Below are positions 27,668-41,845 of a DNA stretch of 64,000 nt, one piece after another. Under the pieces are notes generated by a model, which was given only the letters and a program-made list of their open reading frames with translations, ran no database searches and was not told where the DNA came from. This DNA comes from Balanoglossus misakiensis (taxonomy: Eukaryota > Animalia > Hemichordata), in assembly GCA_040954595.2 (NCBI GenBank), contig CM082584.2, positions 7,335,919 to 7,399,918 of the forward strand, given 5' to 3'. Made by a program: the position numbers and the translations under genes. The number at the start of each line of letters is the position of its first letter. Position 1 is the stretch's first letter.

Positions 27668-30600
27668 TTAGTAGGGAGATTCTGTAGGCAAATCCCAATC
27701 CCAATCGATATTGGTAGCAGCGTCGACCGCATAAACATAGAGCACGAGGATGAGAACGATGGCAATCACGACGAGGATGGCCGTCACGACGCTCAGGGCC
27801 AGAGACACGTAGGTGAGCACGTCAGCGGTCTTGTGATTGCCGTCACTCCGGCTACAGAAGGCCTGCGATGGAAGAGTAGTAAATATTTCTGTTGGAACGT
27901 ACAATTACTGCGGTCATGACATTAGCATTGGGTAAAGTAAGTATTATTACACATTTGGGATGGTAGTACATATTGGGTTAATTATTACATGTTTGGGTGA
28001 TACAACCATGACGTCACCAATTGCAACACACGTCTCTAACACAAAATCATATCTGAAAAGTCTGCATGTATTTGTTTATCTCCATAGAAATGTCCTCGTA
28101 AAAAGACGCGGGCCTTTAAAAAGTGAGATCAACCTCGTTGCACTTTACTCACCACTCCAGACAGGATAACGGCAATTATGCTGATTGGCGACAGGCAGCA
28201 GACTATGCCTATGATCGCAAGTACGAGAGCGGCTATGTCCAGACCGGTCACCGAGCTTGACCTTGTCTCTCGCACTATGACGTTTTGCTGCGGGGCACCC
28301 CCGGTAACCTGGGAGTATAAAGGGGGAAAAACAAAAGTCAGAGTTGCAACGCTTTGGTTTGAGTGGATAAGAACTTCGGCGTTGAGATTGGTCGGTGATC
28401 ACCACTATATATTTTCTGTACAATGTGATGACAAATCCCTTGCAAAAACTATAAGGCGTCCTTTTTGATAACACGGAGAAGTCTACACGAGTGTGCCATT
28501 CAGGGGACCGTCGATCATTAAGTTTGGTGAAAGATATAATAGCTGTGGAAACGCAGCTGTTCGATGTTCCGCCGGGGAGGGTGTAATTAGCATACCCTCC
28601 CTCCCAAAGCCGTCCACCTGTCTTATTTATAAGGGCGCGCCCCCCCCCCGTTTTCAGCGTGAGCCAGTACGAGTATGTTTGTGACACACAGTGACCGTTC
28701 GGGTGACATTGACCTTGGAAAGTGGCGGGGAATTATAGACTCTGAAAATGCAATAGCATTGCAGAAAATTGCCAGTCGAGGTCTTTCTCAAGTTAGATTG
28801 TCACCAGCAACTTACCACCACGTTGGTCGAATGCGTTTGCTGCTGCGGTTGCGGGTATGCTGCAGCCTGTGGTGGATACGCCCCTTGAGGTGGGTAACCC
28901 CCTTGAGGAGGGTAACCCCCTTGAGGTGGGTAAGCCCCTTGAGGCGGGTAACCCCCTTGAGGTGGGTACCCTTGCTGTGGATAAGCCGGCGGGGCGTCGT
29001 TAAGACGAATATCCTCTGCCGCTGCTGTGGAAGACAAGGGAGGAGGGAAATATCGAACTGTTATCACACTATGACTATCGATTCCAATACCTTCTTTGAT
29101 CAGTTTAGTGGCGTGCTATGTACACCTTCCTTCGTTCCATAGTTTATCACAATGCATCTTCAATTGTTGGTGAGCCACGTTTTACCATGTGTCCTCAACT
29201 CCCAAACAGTCAAGTACATGAAGTACTGTCATGAAGCTAGAAGGCTAGAAGACGTCCGCGACAAGTAGTTGGGGATGGTAGCCAGACGTCATTAAAGGCC
29301 CTTCTCAACAGTGGGTAAATTTTTTTTCTTCCAATAAACAGTCACGTGATGACACAAAGGCTTTCTTGTTTGCCTTCATTGTGCCCTGGGATCGAGAAAT
29401 GGCCTAAAAGGTGACCATTGTCCAAATTCGACCAATACCAAGATGTACATGTGTATAATAACTATATGGCCCGACTTTGCCATCCATGATTTGCTTGACC
29501 AGCCGCTTAAAGCTTTTAAATGCGTTTTCACTTTCCATAACAATATACACTGAGAGTATGCCGTCGGCGGATTTTGCATATGAAAAGGTGCTTTCACATG
29601 TTTTGACTGTCGTCTTTTTGCTTGCGCTGCTGCTGTAGCGCCAGGTCAAGTCTTCAGCTCCGACCGACCGCCATCTTTTCTCTTATTAGGCTGCATTCAC
29701 AAACACCTCTGGAGGGGGGGGCGGGAGAATTGAGGGGGGGGATTTGAAAAAATTGAGGGTATGTAAGGGGGGGGATTTGAAATAATTTAGGGACTGAAAG
29801 GGGGGGACTTGAAAACTTTAACGACTAAATATTTATTTTGAGTCCACAAAAATGCAGTTTCGCGCCCTTTATTTTACAAAATTTTCTAATGTGGGAGGGG
29901 GACAGCCCCTCCCACACCCACCCCCTCCATTCATCAACACCTTTCAATCATTGACTGGTTTATCTAGTATCCCAGGTCAGGGGACTTGCCCCCACCCCAT
30001 GATAACTTTGAGCAGCGACGGTTAAATTTGTCCTCCCCAACATACCGGTAGTTGAGTTAATTTGCTTTTGCCGGGTTCATTAAAATGCAGCTTTGAGCTC
30101 TGTATTTTAGAAAATTTTCTTACGTGGGAGGGGGACACCCCCTCCAAAACCCACCCCCTTCAATTCTCGGTTTACAATGTCTCCCAACACAGAATACAAA
30201 TATATGTACTTAAAAAATAAAAACAATGTTCAGTTTTAATACCCACTGATGAGGGAAAACATCAGTTTCAAATTCTTTTCATGGGAGCGCTGTTTTTCTT
30301 TTTACAAGATAGATAGGTGATGTGTTTTGCTCAGTGAAAGAAAATGGGGGGGGGGGGATTTCAAAATTTTGGCAGTTCGGAAGGGGGGGATTTGAAAATA
30401 TTGGCAGTTCGGAAGGGGGGCATGTGAAAATTAGCGGTAAAAAAATTTGAATTCTCCCGCCCCCCCCTCCAGAGGTGTTTGTGAATGCAGCCTTATACCT
30501 CAGTTCCAACCCCCTTGATTTCACTCTGCGCGCGACGAAATAATTACGATGAGAGCGCGATCAGAATAGGATTCCAAATGTGGTGCTTGAGAGGTGTAAT

Positions 30601-31375
30601 AAATACGAATATGGTGTATGAAATCAAATTATTTCGCCCCAAGGTTTTTTTTTTTCTAGACGGAAGTGGAGTTTATTTTGAAGGGAGTTTCAACCACTTT
30701 GCATGTTTCACAAATGCATCTTTCGGAAATCAGCGAATCGGAACGTATTTCCTGGTGAGAAACCTATATATGTCAGAAGCCTGGTACACACACATACACC
30801 AGTGAAGGTTAAAGAATAATACACGTAACATGATATTCCGTGACGTATCAACCATGTACTGTACATGACACGCAATGGGCATGATGGGCGAACCTTTTGA
30901 ACTGAACTGCCAAGCGAACGCACCTTGGACTCTATCATTCTCTGGTGGCGGCGATGGTTAGCATTGAGGTCAGCGTTAGGGTATGGTAACGACTTTATTT
31001 TGCTAGTACATGACTTTACAATGACTTTTATTTAAAAAACGAAAATTTACCTCACTCACGAATGTAAATCACTTAAGTCATGTTAAATACAGTCATAACC
31101 CTAACGCTGACCAACGCCACCAGAGAATGGTAGAGTCCCTGGTGCGCTCGCCTGGCACTTCAATTCAAAAGATCCCCATGGGCTTCACGTACACAGACGT
31201 GACCAACAATAACAACTTTATAAAGGCCAGCATAAAGGGCAAATATCACAGTTTGCTATCATGATTGAAATTGTATTAAACGTTATATTATGACGATACA
31301 ATATCCTCATTTAATCACGAGACAGCTATAAACAACCGTCCAGATCTAATACCCACCAGCTCTTTTGTCGGCCAT
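27668..31375 (-). CDS. CD225/dispanin-like protein C with (PPQGGY)n repeat N-terminus; paralogue of B
   Basis: Exons 31375-31357 (MADKRA), 29024-28816 ([21 protein letters not shown]; NAGNAG acceptor), 28308-28153 ([30 protein letters not shown]), 27862-27668 ([26 protein letters not shown]..). Four-exon structure and phases match gene B. Confidence 0.85.
28865..28984 (-). repeat. Coding 18-bp tandem repeat encoding YPPQG(G/A)
   Basis: Plus strand shows about 6 units of ccccttgaggtgggtaac and variants. Confidence 0.9.
29689..30492. mobile_element. PIF/Harbinger-type (Tourist-like) MITE, ~804 bp, in intron 1 of gene C
   Basis: ~40-bp terminal inverted repeat ggctgcattcacaaacacctctggaggggggggcgggagaat / attctcccgcccccccctccagaggtgtttgtgaatgcagcc. 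TTA target duplication at 29686-29688 and 30493-30495. Subterminal gggggggatttgaaa repeats at both ends. Confidence 0.85.
30893..31172. mobile_element. Degenerate fold-back/MITE-like element with long imperfect inverted repeats
   Basis: cttttgaactgaactgccaagcgaacgcacc..ggactctatcattctctggtggcg..ggtcagcgttaggg pairs with ccctaacgctgacc..cgccaccagagaatggtagagtcc..ggtgcgctcgcctggcacttcaattcaaaag. Confidence 0.7.
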
Positions 31376-32891
31376 TTCGTTTCAAGCCTGGGTTTGGTAT
31401 ACGGTGGTCGAAACTGAGCACGTCAGCCCCTGACGTCGGATCAGAATAGAACAGATATGACCTGTGATCGTCAACAGTGATGTTCACCGCTGTGAACGAT
31501 GCCTGGCTGCTGTGTTCGGCCGAGTACGCGTATATGTTTCGTCAGTCGTAAATGCTGTTGACGTCAATTGGAATAGGGTGTGGGATGGTGGTGGTGAAAG
31601 CGGTCTATAATGATATGTACAGTGTCGTCATGCATATATTAATGCCAAACCACGGTCGGCCTGTCCTGGACCATAGACCAGGGCCTATCACGCCTTGACT
31701 GATCACCTCCTTGTCAGTTTGCAAATATAGTTCAACAAAACCACAAACAATGTTTGTTTGTCGGCAAGTGTATTCAACGAATGATATCTTGTACAGAAAT
31801 CAGACCCCACCCCTTTCCTGTCTCGTGTTTTTATCTGTGTCATTTAAATATCGACTAAAACATTTGACCATTTGGTCCATGATACTCAACGAAGCTACAT
31901 GCATGGCTAATAGTAGATGCAGTTCTTGTCTGTTTTGCCGTCAAACAAACAACCAATGCAAAATCAAGCTACATGTACTGAACTGCAGCTAGGCTAATAG
32001 TAACACGCAAGCGGCTGCTCAGTGACCAGATTTCTAGACGCAGTGAGATCAGCTATTTGGTCTCACGACTGCTCCCAACAAAACAGCGGCGGAGGTATAA
32101 CGCACATATTAATGACAACTTCGGTCGACGTTCGTTCGTTCCAAGGGACTGAAAATTTCAAAAAAAAATAAATAACACGTTCTACATACATGTATAATCC
32201 TATGCAATAAGTTATCCCGCGCACTTACAGCGTTTATGTTTTATACATGAGAGATAATTATATATGCATTATCATAAAACTCATCATTACCACTACCACA
32301 TTGAAGTACTTTCTCAGCTTGTATAAAGCATACAAGACGATGTGATTGAAATAGGACAGCGTCTGTGCACGGTATATAATAAGTATTTATTCAGGTAGAA
32401 AACTCTCCATGTCTGAAAGCTCGTATGCATTACTGGCTAGCAACAAAGGTCAATGTATCACACATTTGGAATGACCACAAAAGGCGGAATGAAACAGTAC
32501 ATGTTCCTGAGTGCAAAACAGTCTGAATATAAATAAGTACACATGTCTTGATACGTCGTATATACTAGTACATGTCTTGGATATGCAAAACAAAAGCCAA
32601 TACAACCACACGCCCAGAGGTGCATGCTATCCCAAGGGAATTTGCAGGACACCAGATTCTATAAGACTTAGACCCCCGTGTGACGTCATGAGAATGTCAC
32701 CGATTTTTTTTGCCAAGAAAACCCCCAAGGTATCTGGTATACAAGAGTTATGCATTTTGTAAATAATACTTCCTGGAGCATCTTTGTCAGGTGACAACGC
32801 ATTGCAGAGCATTAAGTATTCAGTAGAATTTCACAATTGCTTCTGTGTTTAAGCTGAAGTCCATGTGACAGAGTTGGCTTAACTGATTGTG

Positions 32892-35780
32892 TTAAACGAA
32901 GTGCTCCCCATCAAATGCATCTTCGCCGTCACTTGTTGTTTGATCAGGGTTTTCGAATTCGTCAGAGCTGACACTGACTTTCGAAGTAACTGGACATGGG
33001 GCGGCTCTTTTGTGAGCATTGGGGTTCGTCAGGTCAGGTGTAGACGAATGTGACTTGTCGATGGATATACGGCGTGGCGGTGGTGGTGGCCGTTTGTCTA
33101 GTGATGGGCCTCTGACGCCGCGTTGTCTGCGCTGGTGCATTCTGCCTAGTCTGACCGATGTCTGCGTGGAGACATGCTGCGAGCTCTTCGGTCTTGCGCA
33201 GGAGTCACTTTCTCGAACAGCGACAGTGGGCGGTGCCGGCAGTTTAGCGTAAACGTTAGATGGCGAAGAAGGAGGATACGGCAAGTCGGGAGGGCAAGTC
33301 TCTGTGTCTTCACCACGGACGGACTGCCGTCCCTTTGATTCGATCGCCGGCTTTACAGCTCTGGGTCGACGGCGTAAATCATTGTATTTAGGAATAGCAC
33401 CACCGGGGAGGCGGTCAGGCAACGCGTTTTTGCTGGCACAGATTGGACATGCGGTGGTTAGAGGGCAACAGTGGCGATTATTCATCTTGTACCCATTGGG
33501 AGGGCGAGTCGGCTGTAATGTTGGTGGTCGGGTATATACATGTGTATCTTTTTCCCCCGACTGACTGAGACGTGCGTAACCACTGGGGGCGCCCTGATCA
33601 TTCTTGGGGCCATTGACATACATGTTGTACTTGCTGGAAGACTCTTCATCGACCCTCAGATGCTCTCGAATCTGTGCAACGCTGCGAGATCTCTTCATGG
33701 GAGACCGAAGAGGGCTGTTGTATACTTCCTCGTGGTCGGCGACAGGAACAACTGACCTATAGGAACACGAATAAATGGAATGTGTTTTACAATGTAAACC
33801 AATTGACCTGCGCAGAAGGAAATGTACCGACGATCGATGGCACTTGGACAAAATGTGTGTTCAACTTTCGGAAACTGCTCGACTAGAAATACCTACTGGG
33901 AATGGAAGCACTTCAAAATGGAGTCAAATCCAGGTCTCATACTCTTCTCAGAATGCCACATTTTCTTCATGAGTTTGTAGAGCCAATCGGGACACTCGGG
34001 CGGCTGTTCCTGGCGTTCCTTCTGACTTACGGCTTCAATGACCTGAGGTACAAAAGCACAATTTGAACGTCAAATCAAATCACTGTAATATCATGTCTGC
34101 ATGAACTTCAAATCTATCCACGGGAAAATTCTACTTTTCCTTGTTCACACATTACCGCATGATCATCATTCGGTATACTTTAACATGCCTCTACGCAATG
34201 AGTTACACTCGACGTGTATTTGCAGACTATTTACCTCGTCGGAGCGTTGGTGTGGGTAGGGGACTAGAGCTTCTTCGGGTTTGTTCGGGTCTTCGGAAAG
34301 AGCATTGAAGGCCTCCCAACACAACTGGGAAAACATGAAGACATCTCCCGGCTGACTGAATACATGTGAAAATATGGTCTCTGGTGGCGCCCTTGAAAGG
34401 AAAAAAGTGACACACATGTAAGTTAGTTTAGAGGACGAGATTTGGCAGAGTGGTTTCGTGTGATGACTTCCTCCCTTCCTCGGGGTTAAACGTGTTTTCT
34501 GATAACTATAAAGGTGAGTGAGAGTGTTTAGCTCTAATGCATATTGTACGAAGTTAACAGTGTCATTATTAGGTTCAGTTATCAGTCTGATAGCGACTAA
34601 CAATCAAGAACCAAGACAGCCATAAAGAAGCCATTTACTCCCATAGTCTCATGATAGTCAACCTACCATCTTCTAAGATCTTCTGGCATTTCTCGACGAT
34701 GCACAGCTTGAAATGGGCCCTCGTCATAATAGCCAACGACTGGTCGGATGGCCCTGCCCCACCTGTATATCTTCGCCACGCCTTCATTGATGTACACGTA
34801 GCTTGCCTTTAGGCAACCATGGATCCATCCCTCTGAGTGCGCGGTACGGAGGCCAAATGCAACTTGCTCGAGAATTCCCAGGATGCCGCTGACGTCATAG
34901 AGCTTCAGTTTGCAAATTTGCAACAGATTCAAGCCGCCGGGAAACTTTGTCTTCTGCAAGTCGAAGTTGAGTTTGGAAAATGCATAATACAGTACAGTAT
35001 AATCTCTGAATTGCCTAAATTCAAAATGACCGATCAAGATTTGTAATGAACAGTTTATGTTCAAAATTAAATATTGGAATCAGATTTCACGAGTTGTGTA
35101 AAGAGAAATAGAATACAATTTATGCATTCACTTAGTTTCTTATCAACGGCACTGGCGAACAAAAATCAACGGTCAGTATATTCCTTCTCTGCAGCTCAAT
35201 CCGTTTTCATTGTAGTCATACATGTACTTTAAATGTGTGGTAGACAATGAATACCTGAATGAATGTGTCTCCGTTTTGTTCAATATTAACTACTTCGGCT
35301 ATGTTTACATGATCCAAATTCTTAAGCTCCTCGTTGTCTTCAGTGCAACGATCAGTGCGGACGCATTCTACGAAGTACTTTCCATCCTGAAATAAAAATG
35401 AAGAAGTTTCAAGATGTATTTATGTGCGCACGTACATACTTATGTGACACGTGTCGATAATTACGCTCAGAAACAGCATCTAGAAAATTGGTTTTCTATG
35501 CATATTGCATACCTGTGTCAAAGTTGGTTCATCTGGTCCCAGAATTTCACTTGGTAAACAAGGATAGCATTTCATTGCCTCATCTGTCGACTGGTATATT
35601 GTAGATGACATGTTATCATCCTCTTGATTGAAGTCTGGAATCCCCTATTATCAACAACGATGGGAGTATATTAATAATGAAAAATTGTTATTTTCATTTT
35701 CTTTTTTCGCCAAGTATACTCTTCGTTCTTCTGATAAACTGCTGTTAACTGGGCGTGACATAAGGTAGACTACTATAAAA

Positions 35781-35878
<98 letters not shown>

Positions 35879-38800
35879 CGAGTATCTCACCCTTTCAGGA
35901 TGAATAGGCTGGTTGTCTCTTGGAGGCGGACTGCAAGCCAACATCCACGTCAGGTCAGAAGCGTCTGAAGTAAAAGAAGCTTAATTTGTGAATGACGTCA
36001 ACACAGACCAGAACATTATGATTAAAATCATATGTAGATGTAGGCACTGTCTTTGGCTGTTCCGTTCTCTGTCTTTGTCGGCGCCCAACACTACATCTGA
36101 TTTTAACCAGTTTGGGATAAAAAAACTCAAGGGAATCTATGCGTACCTGGCGTTGAATAGCTCTCTTGGTAGTCCCTCAGACACTCGGCGAAATCTTGCA
36201 CTGTCTGCCGGCGAGTTGGTTCCGTTAGGAATCCCCCCATCACCAGGATGTGTATGTTGTCGGGAATCGACGGCGGTTGCTTGACTCGGTACCCAGACAT
36301 CACTCTCTTGACCACCTTCCAGGTCGGCATGCCGTAGAGTTCCGTGTACGGCTGGCAGCCATGGGTAAGGACCTCATAGGCCGCACACGAACACATCCAC
36401 GAGTCGGATTTTCTGGAGTACCTGTAATGTAGGATGGACTCTGGGGCAGAGTGTCGGGTTGGTATCGGGTCGCTTGGACATCCTGGTTAATTATGAGTAA
36501 AAAAAAGAAATAATGTCACGTTATATATATGTGTGCGTGTTTTAAACATCGCTATATTGACAAACAGAATACTGGGTATATTTGTAAGGAGTAGAACAAG
36601 AGACTGGATTTGATTTACGGAAAATATAATCGCCCAAAAGTTACTGCTTAATGTTTCTTTAACCAAGCCAATGCGAATTTCAGATGCTCAATGTTCTGAA
36701 AATGTATGGGTTTGCGCGGTTCCCAGGTTTTTAATGAGAGGTACTGCTTTGAAAATTGTGCACGTAACATGAACTACCATTTGAAACTTGTTGACTTACA
36801 ACACTTCCTCGACTCTAATGGTGGAGACGATACGTACCTTGTACTCCTTCAATGCCGATTGTCGCATAAATACCATCGTCTTCGCGCTGTGTTGTCATCG
36901 TCGTTGATTTGGCCAGTCGAAAGTTGTGATATTTTACCTGCATCTCTCCGTTGACCCCCTGAATGAAGAAATTAGCGCAGACGATGTCGCGCAGAATGAC
37001 TCCGTTCTCGTGGCAGTAGGTCACGGCCGCCAACATCGGCCGCAGCACAATTCTCACCAGGTCACACATGCCCATAAGACGATCCTCCTCTACTCGCCTG
37101 GTGAGAAATTCAGAGACGTTTTCGCGCCAATCTTCAGTGATGATGAAGCACGGCCTGGGCTGCATTTGGAATCCAAGTACATCCACTATGTTTCCGTGGG
37201 CGCCCACTTTTAACATGGTCTGCAGTTCTCGCAGGAAGTCCCTCAGTGACGGCGAATTCGCATCGAAACCGTCGACAAAGTCTTTCACGCAAACTGGCGA
37301 CAGCGCGTTGACTTTAACCCGTTTATTACCGCCCATGCTTGCGGTCGCGGTCCACGTCCACAGTTTCGGATTCTGGTCGGACTCCCTTGGTTTGGACTCC
37401 CCGGCAGAAACGGACAGTCCCTGGGACGCGTAGGCCTTCCCGACAGCCTCTTGGATAGCCCTGTGAGCACAGCTCATTTCTAGTACCACCAGAGATTCCG
37501 ATTCGCTTTTCATGAAAAGCCTTCTGGCGACATGCATTCGCACGGCGAGACACTGGTGGTGGATGAGCGGTCGGATAGCCTCCTGCATGTGTTGAATGGC
37601 AACATCTTTAAATCGTTTATCGGTCATGATTTTCATGGAGTCCCACATTTGTCTGAGACCAAGTGTGTTGCCACCGAGTCCATCCAGTAGAGTTGTACAT
37701 AGATCTGTAGAATTTGCAAAGAGGGGTTCTTTTTAGTCTGAAAGATTTTGTGAGTGACTCGACAGAGTTACATTCCTAATATTTAACCCAGCGTATTCTA
37801 AACATTCTAATTCCTTCTTTGGTTCCCCAAAATGATCATCCATATATCGAACTCAGAGCCTCTTATACTGTCACACAAAAAACTCTCATTATAGGCAAGT
37901 ACCAAACTTTCTGGCAATTGGTACATAGAAGTAAAAAAAAACTGATTTTTTTTCACGCAATGGCAACTACAAACTTACTTTTATCTCTGGTGCTCTGTAG
38001 TACACCGATCAATAGTTCGGAGATGTGAAAGAGAAAGTTCTTGCTGGTTTGATTTCTCATTTCGTAAACAATTCTCTGCAGCGCCTTCAGTGCGCGTCCC
38101 CTGACCTCCTTATCTCCGCTTGTGACAATCTGAAAAAGACAAGAACAATAAGAATATATTGGCTATTTCAATCCTGGTATACGGTGGCCTATTTCATATA
38201 TGATTTTAAGAATGACTCCCGCCGACTACACTGTTCTACACAGCACAAAATCATGGTTCTGTAGGATGGGAGTGGCGGCATAAAACCGACGTTCTTCGTT
38301 GAAATATCACAATACACCCACCACGTTAGCGATGAGCTTCATGGCCAAAAACTGCTCGAACCACGGGGCGCCCAGAACGGTGCTGATATGCCCTTCGAGG
38401 TCTTCCTCACATCTTGCCTCGTCCAAGATTGCGTCTTGAAGAGAGCGCAGACAGTCTTCGTAGTTCTTGTTTCGACGGCGTAGCAGACTAGCCTTTCCTG
38501 AACCGCCCTGCTTTGACATTTCAGTCATCTCCCTAGCTTTTCTCATCACCTCCTTGCAGTATTTGAGCCTGATCTGCTGGCAGGGACTGTCGGACTGGGG
38601 CCATTTCTGCGGACACCTGGCGTCTCGGTTGCACACCAATGGCTGTCTGTGCACCTGGTCTTTGTTTACAGCACGGGACAAGAGCAGGGAGCAGATGACG
38701 TTGCTGTACACTTGAGCCAACAGAACGAAGGCGTTTGTGCTGCCCGCGGTCTGGAGCGACGTCGAGATGATATTCTCTAGCGCTACCAACTCGTCGAAAT

Positions 38801-41800
38801 CCAGAACAGCCACACAGGTACACTCGCGTAGGGCATCGAGGGCCGCTGCTTGGACTTTGGTGGTAAACAAACCGGAGACCTGTGCCAGCATCAGGCAGTC
38901 GCTCTTATCTCTGAGCTCTGGGATGACTCTGCCCAGTAGGAACTCCTCCATCGTACCCCTATCTCGACTGTCCTTCGGCAATCCTTTGAAGATTTCGTTT
39001 AAATGGACCATTCCATTTGAACCTGCTCGACTCTTCAGGTGCAGCTCTCGATATTTCTTGCCTGTGGAGTTCACAAAGCCAATGGTGTGAATCAGGATTT
39101 ACAATAGCCCTGATATATACACACAATGTACATACACTTGTACGTAGTAACGTTATTTACGGTGGGTTATTTGTACTATACATGTATATACCAAGTCGGT
39201 ATTTAATTGAATGACGGTCACGCGTCTGTCAAATAGCTCAGCTATCGATCAAAAAACTTCACCTCCAAATCTGACCTTTTCATTTTCCGGTTCTTACTAA
39301 ATCAGTGTTAATTTAGTTTTAATTCATAACAAATGCATAGTCAGATGGCGCCACACGCTCATACCTGTGCTCTCCTTATATTTACTGCATATCTGTGGAC
39401 CGGAGGGCATGCATAGATCTTCCTCCTTCATATGTACGGAAACAAACCTTCGTCTATCATCATCGTCTGCAGTTTGTATCTTCTTTGCGGAATTCTTGTC
39501 TGCGGGTATATGAGAATTGACTTGAAAATAGTAATGATTTGGAACTACCGTGATTAATTTAAGGCTAAACGGTTATTACGACGCTAATCATTTTGTTGCC
39601 CTTATATTAGATTTGTTGTCCCCGGAGATAGCATACAATGTACATGTCTCAGGTACCAGACCAAGATCAATGCTTACCTTCTGAACTGTCTGTCTGATTT
39701 ATGCGGACGTTGCCGTCCGCTTGGTTCTTTATCCTCTCCTTGGTGATGACGACAAGTTTCTCTGACCCCTTCGCCCTTCGTCCGTCCCAGGTGAGATCCA
39801 CCACGTCCATGTGGCGGAACACGGTGGCGTCCGGGATGACGGCGGCGCTGTTCAGTTTGACGATGACGTACCGCTGCAGGTCAACTCTCCGCTCCTTCAG
39901 GATCACGTCGGTCAGCTCTTCGTCCGGTATCCCCCAGTTGCAGTCGGTCGTGGCGGGCAATATCGTGACCGGGAGCGTCGTGAGGGCGCAGCGCATGCTT
40001 TCGCCTTCGGTCACATAGGGAGATCGGTCGCGTGGCGGGTAGTAGCACCGCACCCCGTTATTTTCCAACAGCTGAACGATCCTGCGGTCCACAGTGTCGT
40101 TTCCCGTCGCGCACGCGATATTAGCGTCGTATTTTTCTTGATAGTTCTTGGCATACAGATCTGAGGAGAATCGTGGAAAAAACAATGTACATGTGACCAG
40201 AAATTTCTGACGTAATATTTAACCAAATAAATGGCATTATTTGAGGAGTGCTTACAAATTATGGTAAGTTCAATTATAACACATCACTGCATGGGTCCTT
40301 TTCACAAACGCGAAAATAACTTTCATACTGGTTTGTCAGCGGTGATTGTCTCCAATCGTATGTGGGAAGTCAGTCGTGAAATACATAGACCTAAGTAGTC
40401 TAGTAACCCCTCTGCCTTTTTTCTACAACGTAACATTACTGGTTGACCTGCTGCCAGTGGCCTTGGTAGCGCTAAATCGCGTAACCAGACTTGCACGTAT
40501 ATAATTGTACCAGTCAATCGAGTTTAAGACATCTAAAAATTCTAGTACATTTTTGTCAAACCCTGGCAATGTATATAGAGGGACTGTGGCCAGACTGAAA
40601 CATGCGGAAGATCCAACCGTGTGCGGGCGCACAGCCGCAACCTGTCACCAACACCCAGATTCCGTGTCGATGAACACGTCGTTTGTAAGCATTCCACAAG
40701 GACGGGTCATCCGTCCTGCTTGACCTAGCCTAGCCTAGCACTCCTTTTCACCTGAAGTATGCCCTGCATTGCACGCTTGAAGAACTCGCTATAAACACCA
40801 CGGTAACTCCGCCGTGCTGAACACGCAGACACATACCTGCGGGAAACTTCGGAACATCCGGATCTGATGAAACGTCATGGTCAGTGTTGGACCTCAGCGA
40901 TGACGTCGCTTCGTCGTAGATGGACCCCGTTTCGTCGCTGATTCGGTACCCGGTTGACGATGACCCCGATGAATAGGTGACAGGCTGGCGCAGGCCCTGA
41001 AATGCATGGGCGCAAAATCGTCAGTAAATAAACCCATTCACCCACTAGTTCCCTCTGTGATGGTCCATCTTTTTATCACAGAAAACAGTGGAATCTGGCA
41101 AAACCAGGGTGGTGAAGGGTGGGGGAAATGGTTAACCTGGTAATATAATGTTAAATGTCAGAGGTTGGGGCCGCAATACACGGGAATTCGTGATTCTAAT
41201 TAAAGCTCCAATAGCTGACACTTTTACCATATTTTTAATTGAAAAAAAAACTTCAACCTTCTCCTTAGTCGACAAATGACACTGTTTTGACTTTGTAGGG
41301 ATTTTAGTACCCACGTGCGCATACCACGATAGCTGTGTGCAGGTACACTTGCAACGGGCAGTTGAATAAATGAGTGCGGCACCCGTTTATTATTTAACTT
41401 GGTCAACAGTTATTGGGGCTTTCAAATGACAACGTATTTCAAAAGAAAATTCAGATTCGGGATTATCTATCAGAAATCCACACGCCTACACTTTATACCA
41501 GGATTTGTTTTATGAAAGGCGAATGGGACGCATGCACGTGATAACACTGAAGAGGATAAGACCACAGGCTGTGCACAAAAGGAGCCTCGTAAACAAATTC
41601 CTTGAAGCCATTTCCTTCTATTCTGAGAAACGCTGTATGATGTTCGCTTACTGAAAAGTGCGATGTGAACTGTATTTTCACCCACACAAGGCGGAAACAA
41701 AGAATTGACAAAACTGTGCTAATTAAATATCTCCATTGTTATGATCACATCAAATTTAGGTCTGAAACCAGACTGTGGACATTGGCTTTCTTACCTCGGC

Positions 41801-41845
41801 GAAAAATAATCGGTCTTGGTTCACCCCGCTCGTGCTCGAACTCAT
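32892..41845 (-). CDS. TIR domain - helical region - tandem tyrosine-kinase-like pseudokinase protein, paralogue 1 (~1571 aa)
   Basis: 15 phase-consistent exons (4716 nt): 41845-41795, 40996-40837, 40160-39678 (TIR: KYDANIAC..LLENNGVRCYYPPRDRSP), 39499-39365, 39061-38322, 38129-37979, 37704-36838 (kinase 1: HGNIVDVLG..ILRDIVCANF..KYHNFRLAK), 36482-36147 (PTRHSAPES..SDSWM..YEVLTHGCQPY), 35964-35891, 35644-35513, 35386-35255, 34953-34667 (kinase 2: WIHGCLKASY..KIYRWGRA), 34391-34235, 34042-33897 (PPECPDWLYKLMKKMW..RPGF), 33756-32892. The two 5'-most exons are less certain. Confidence 0.85.
35781..35876. repeat. (GAT)32 microsatellite, intronic
   Basis: Perfect GAT run lying ~14 nt into the intron after the donor at 35890. 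Confidence 0.97.

Noticed and set aside
35651-35944. Poly-serine ORF on the minus strand
   Set aside because: It is read-through of the donor at 35890 into the intronic (GAT)n microsatellite.
40600-40751. Possible extra exon of the minus-strand TIR gene after the acceptor at 40752
   Set aside because: All three frames hit stops within ~30 nt, and the flanking exons already join in phase.
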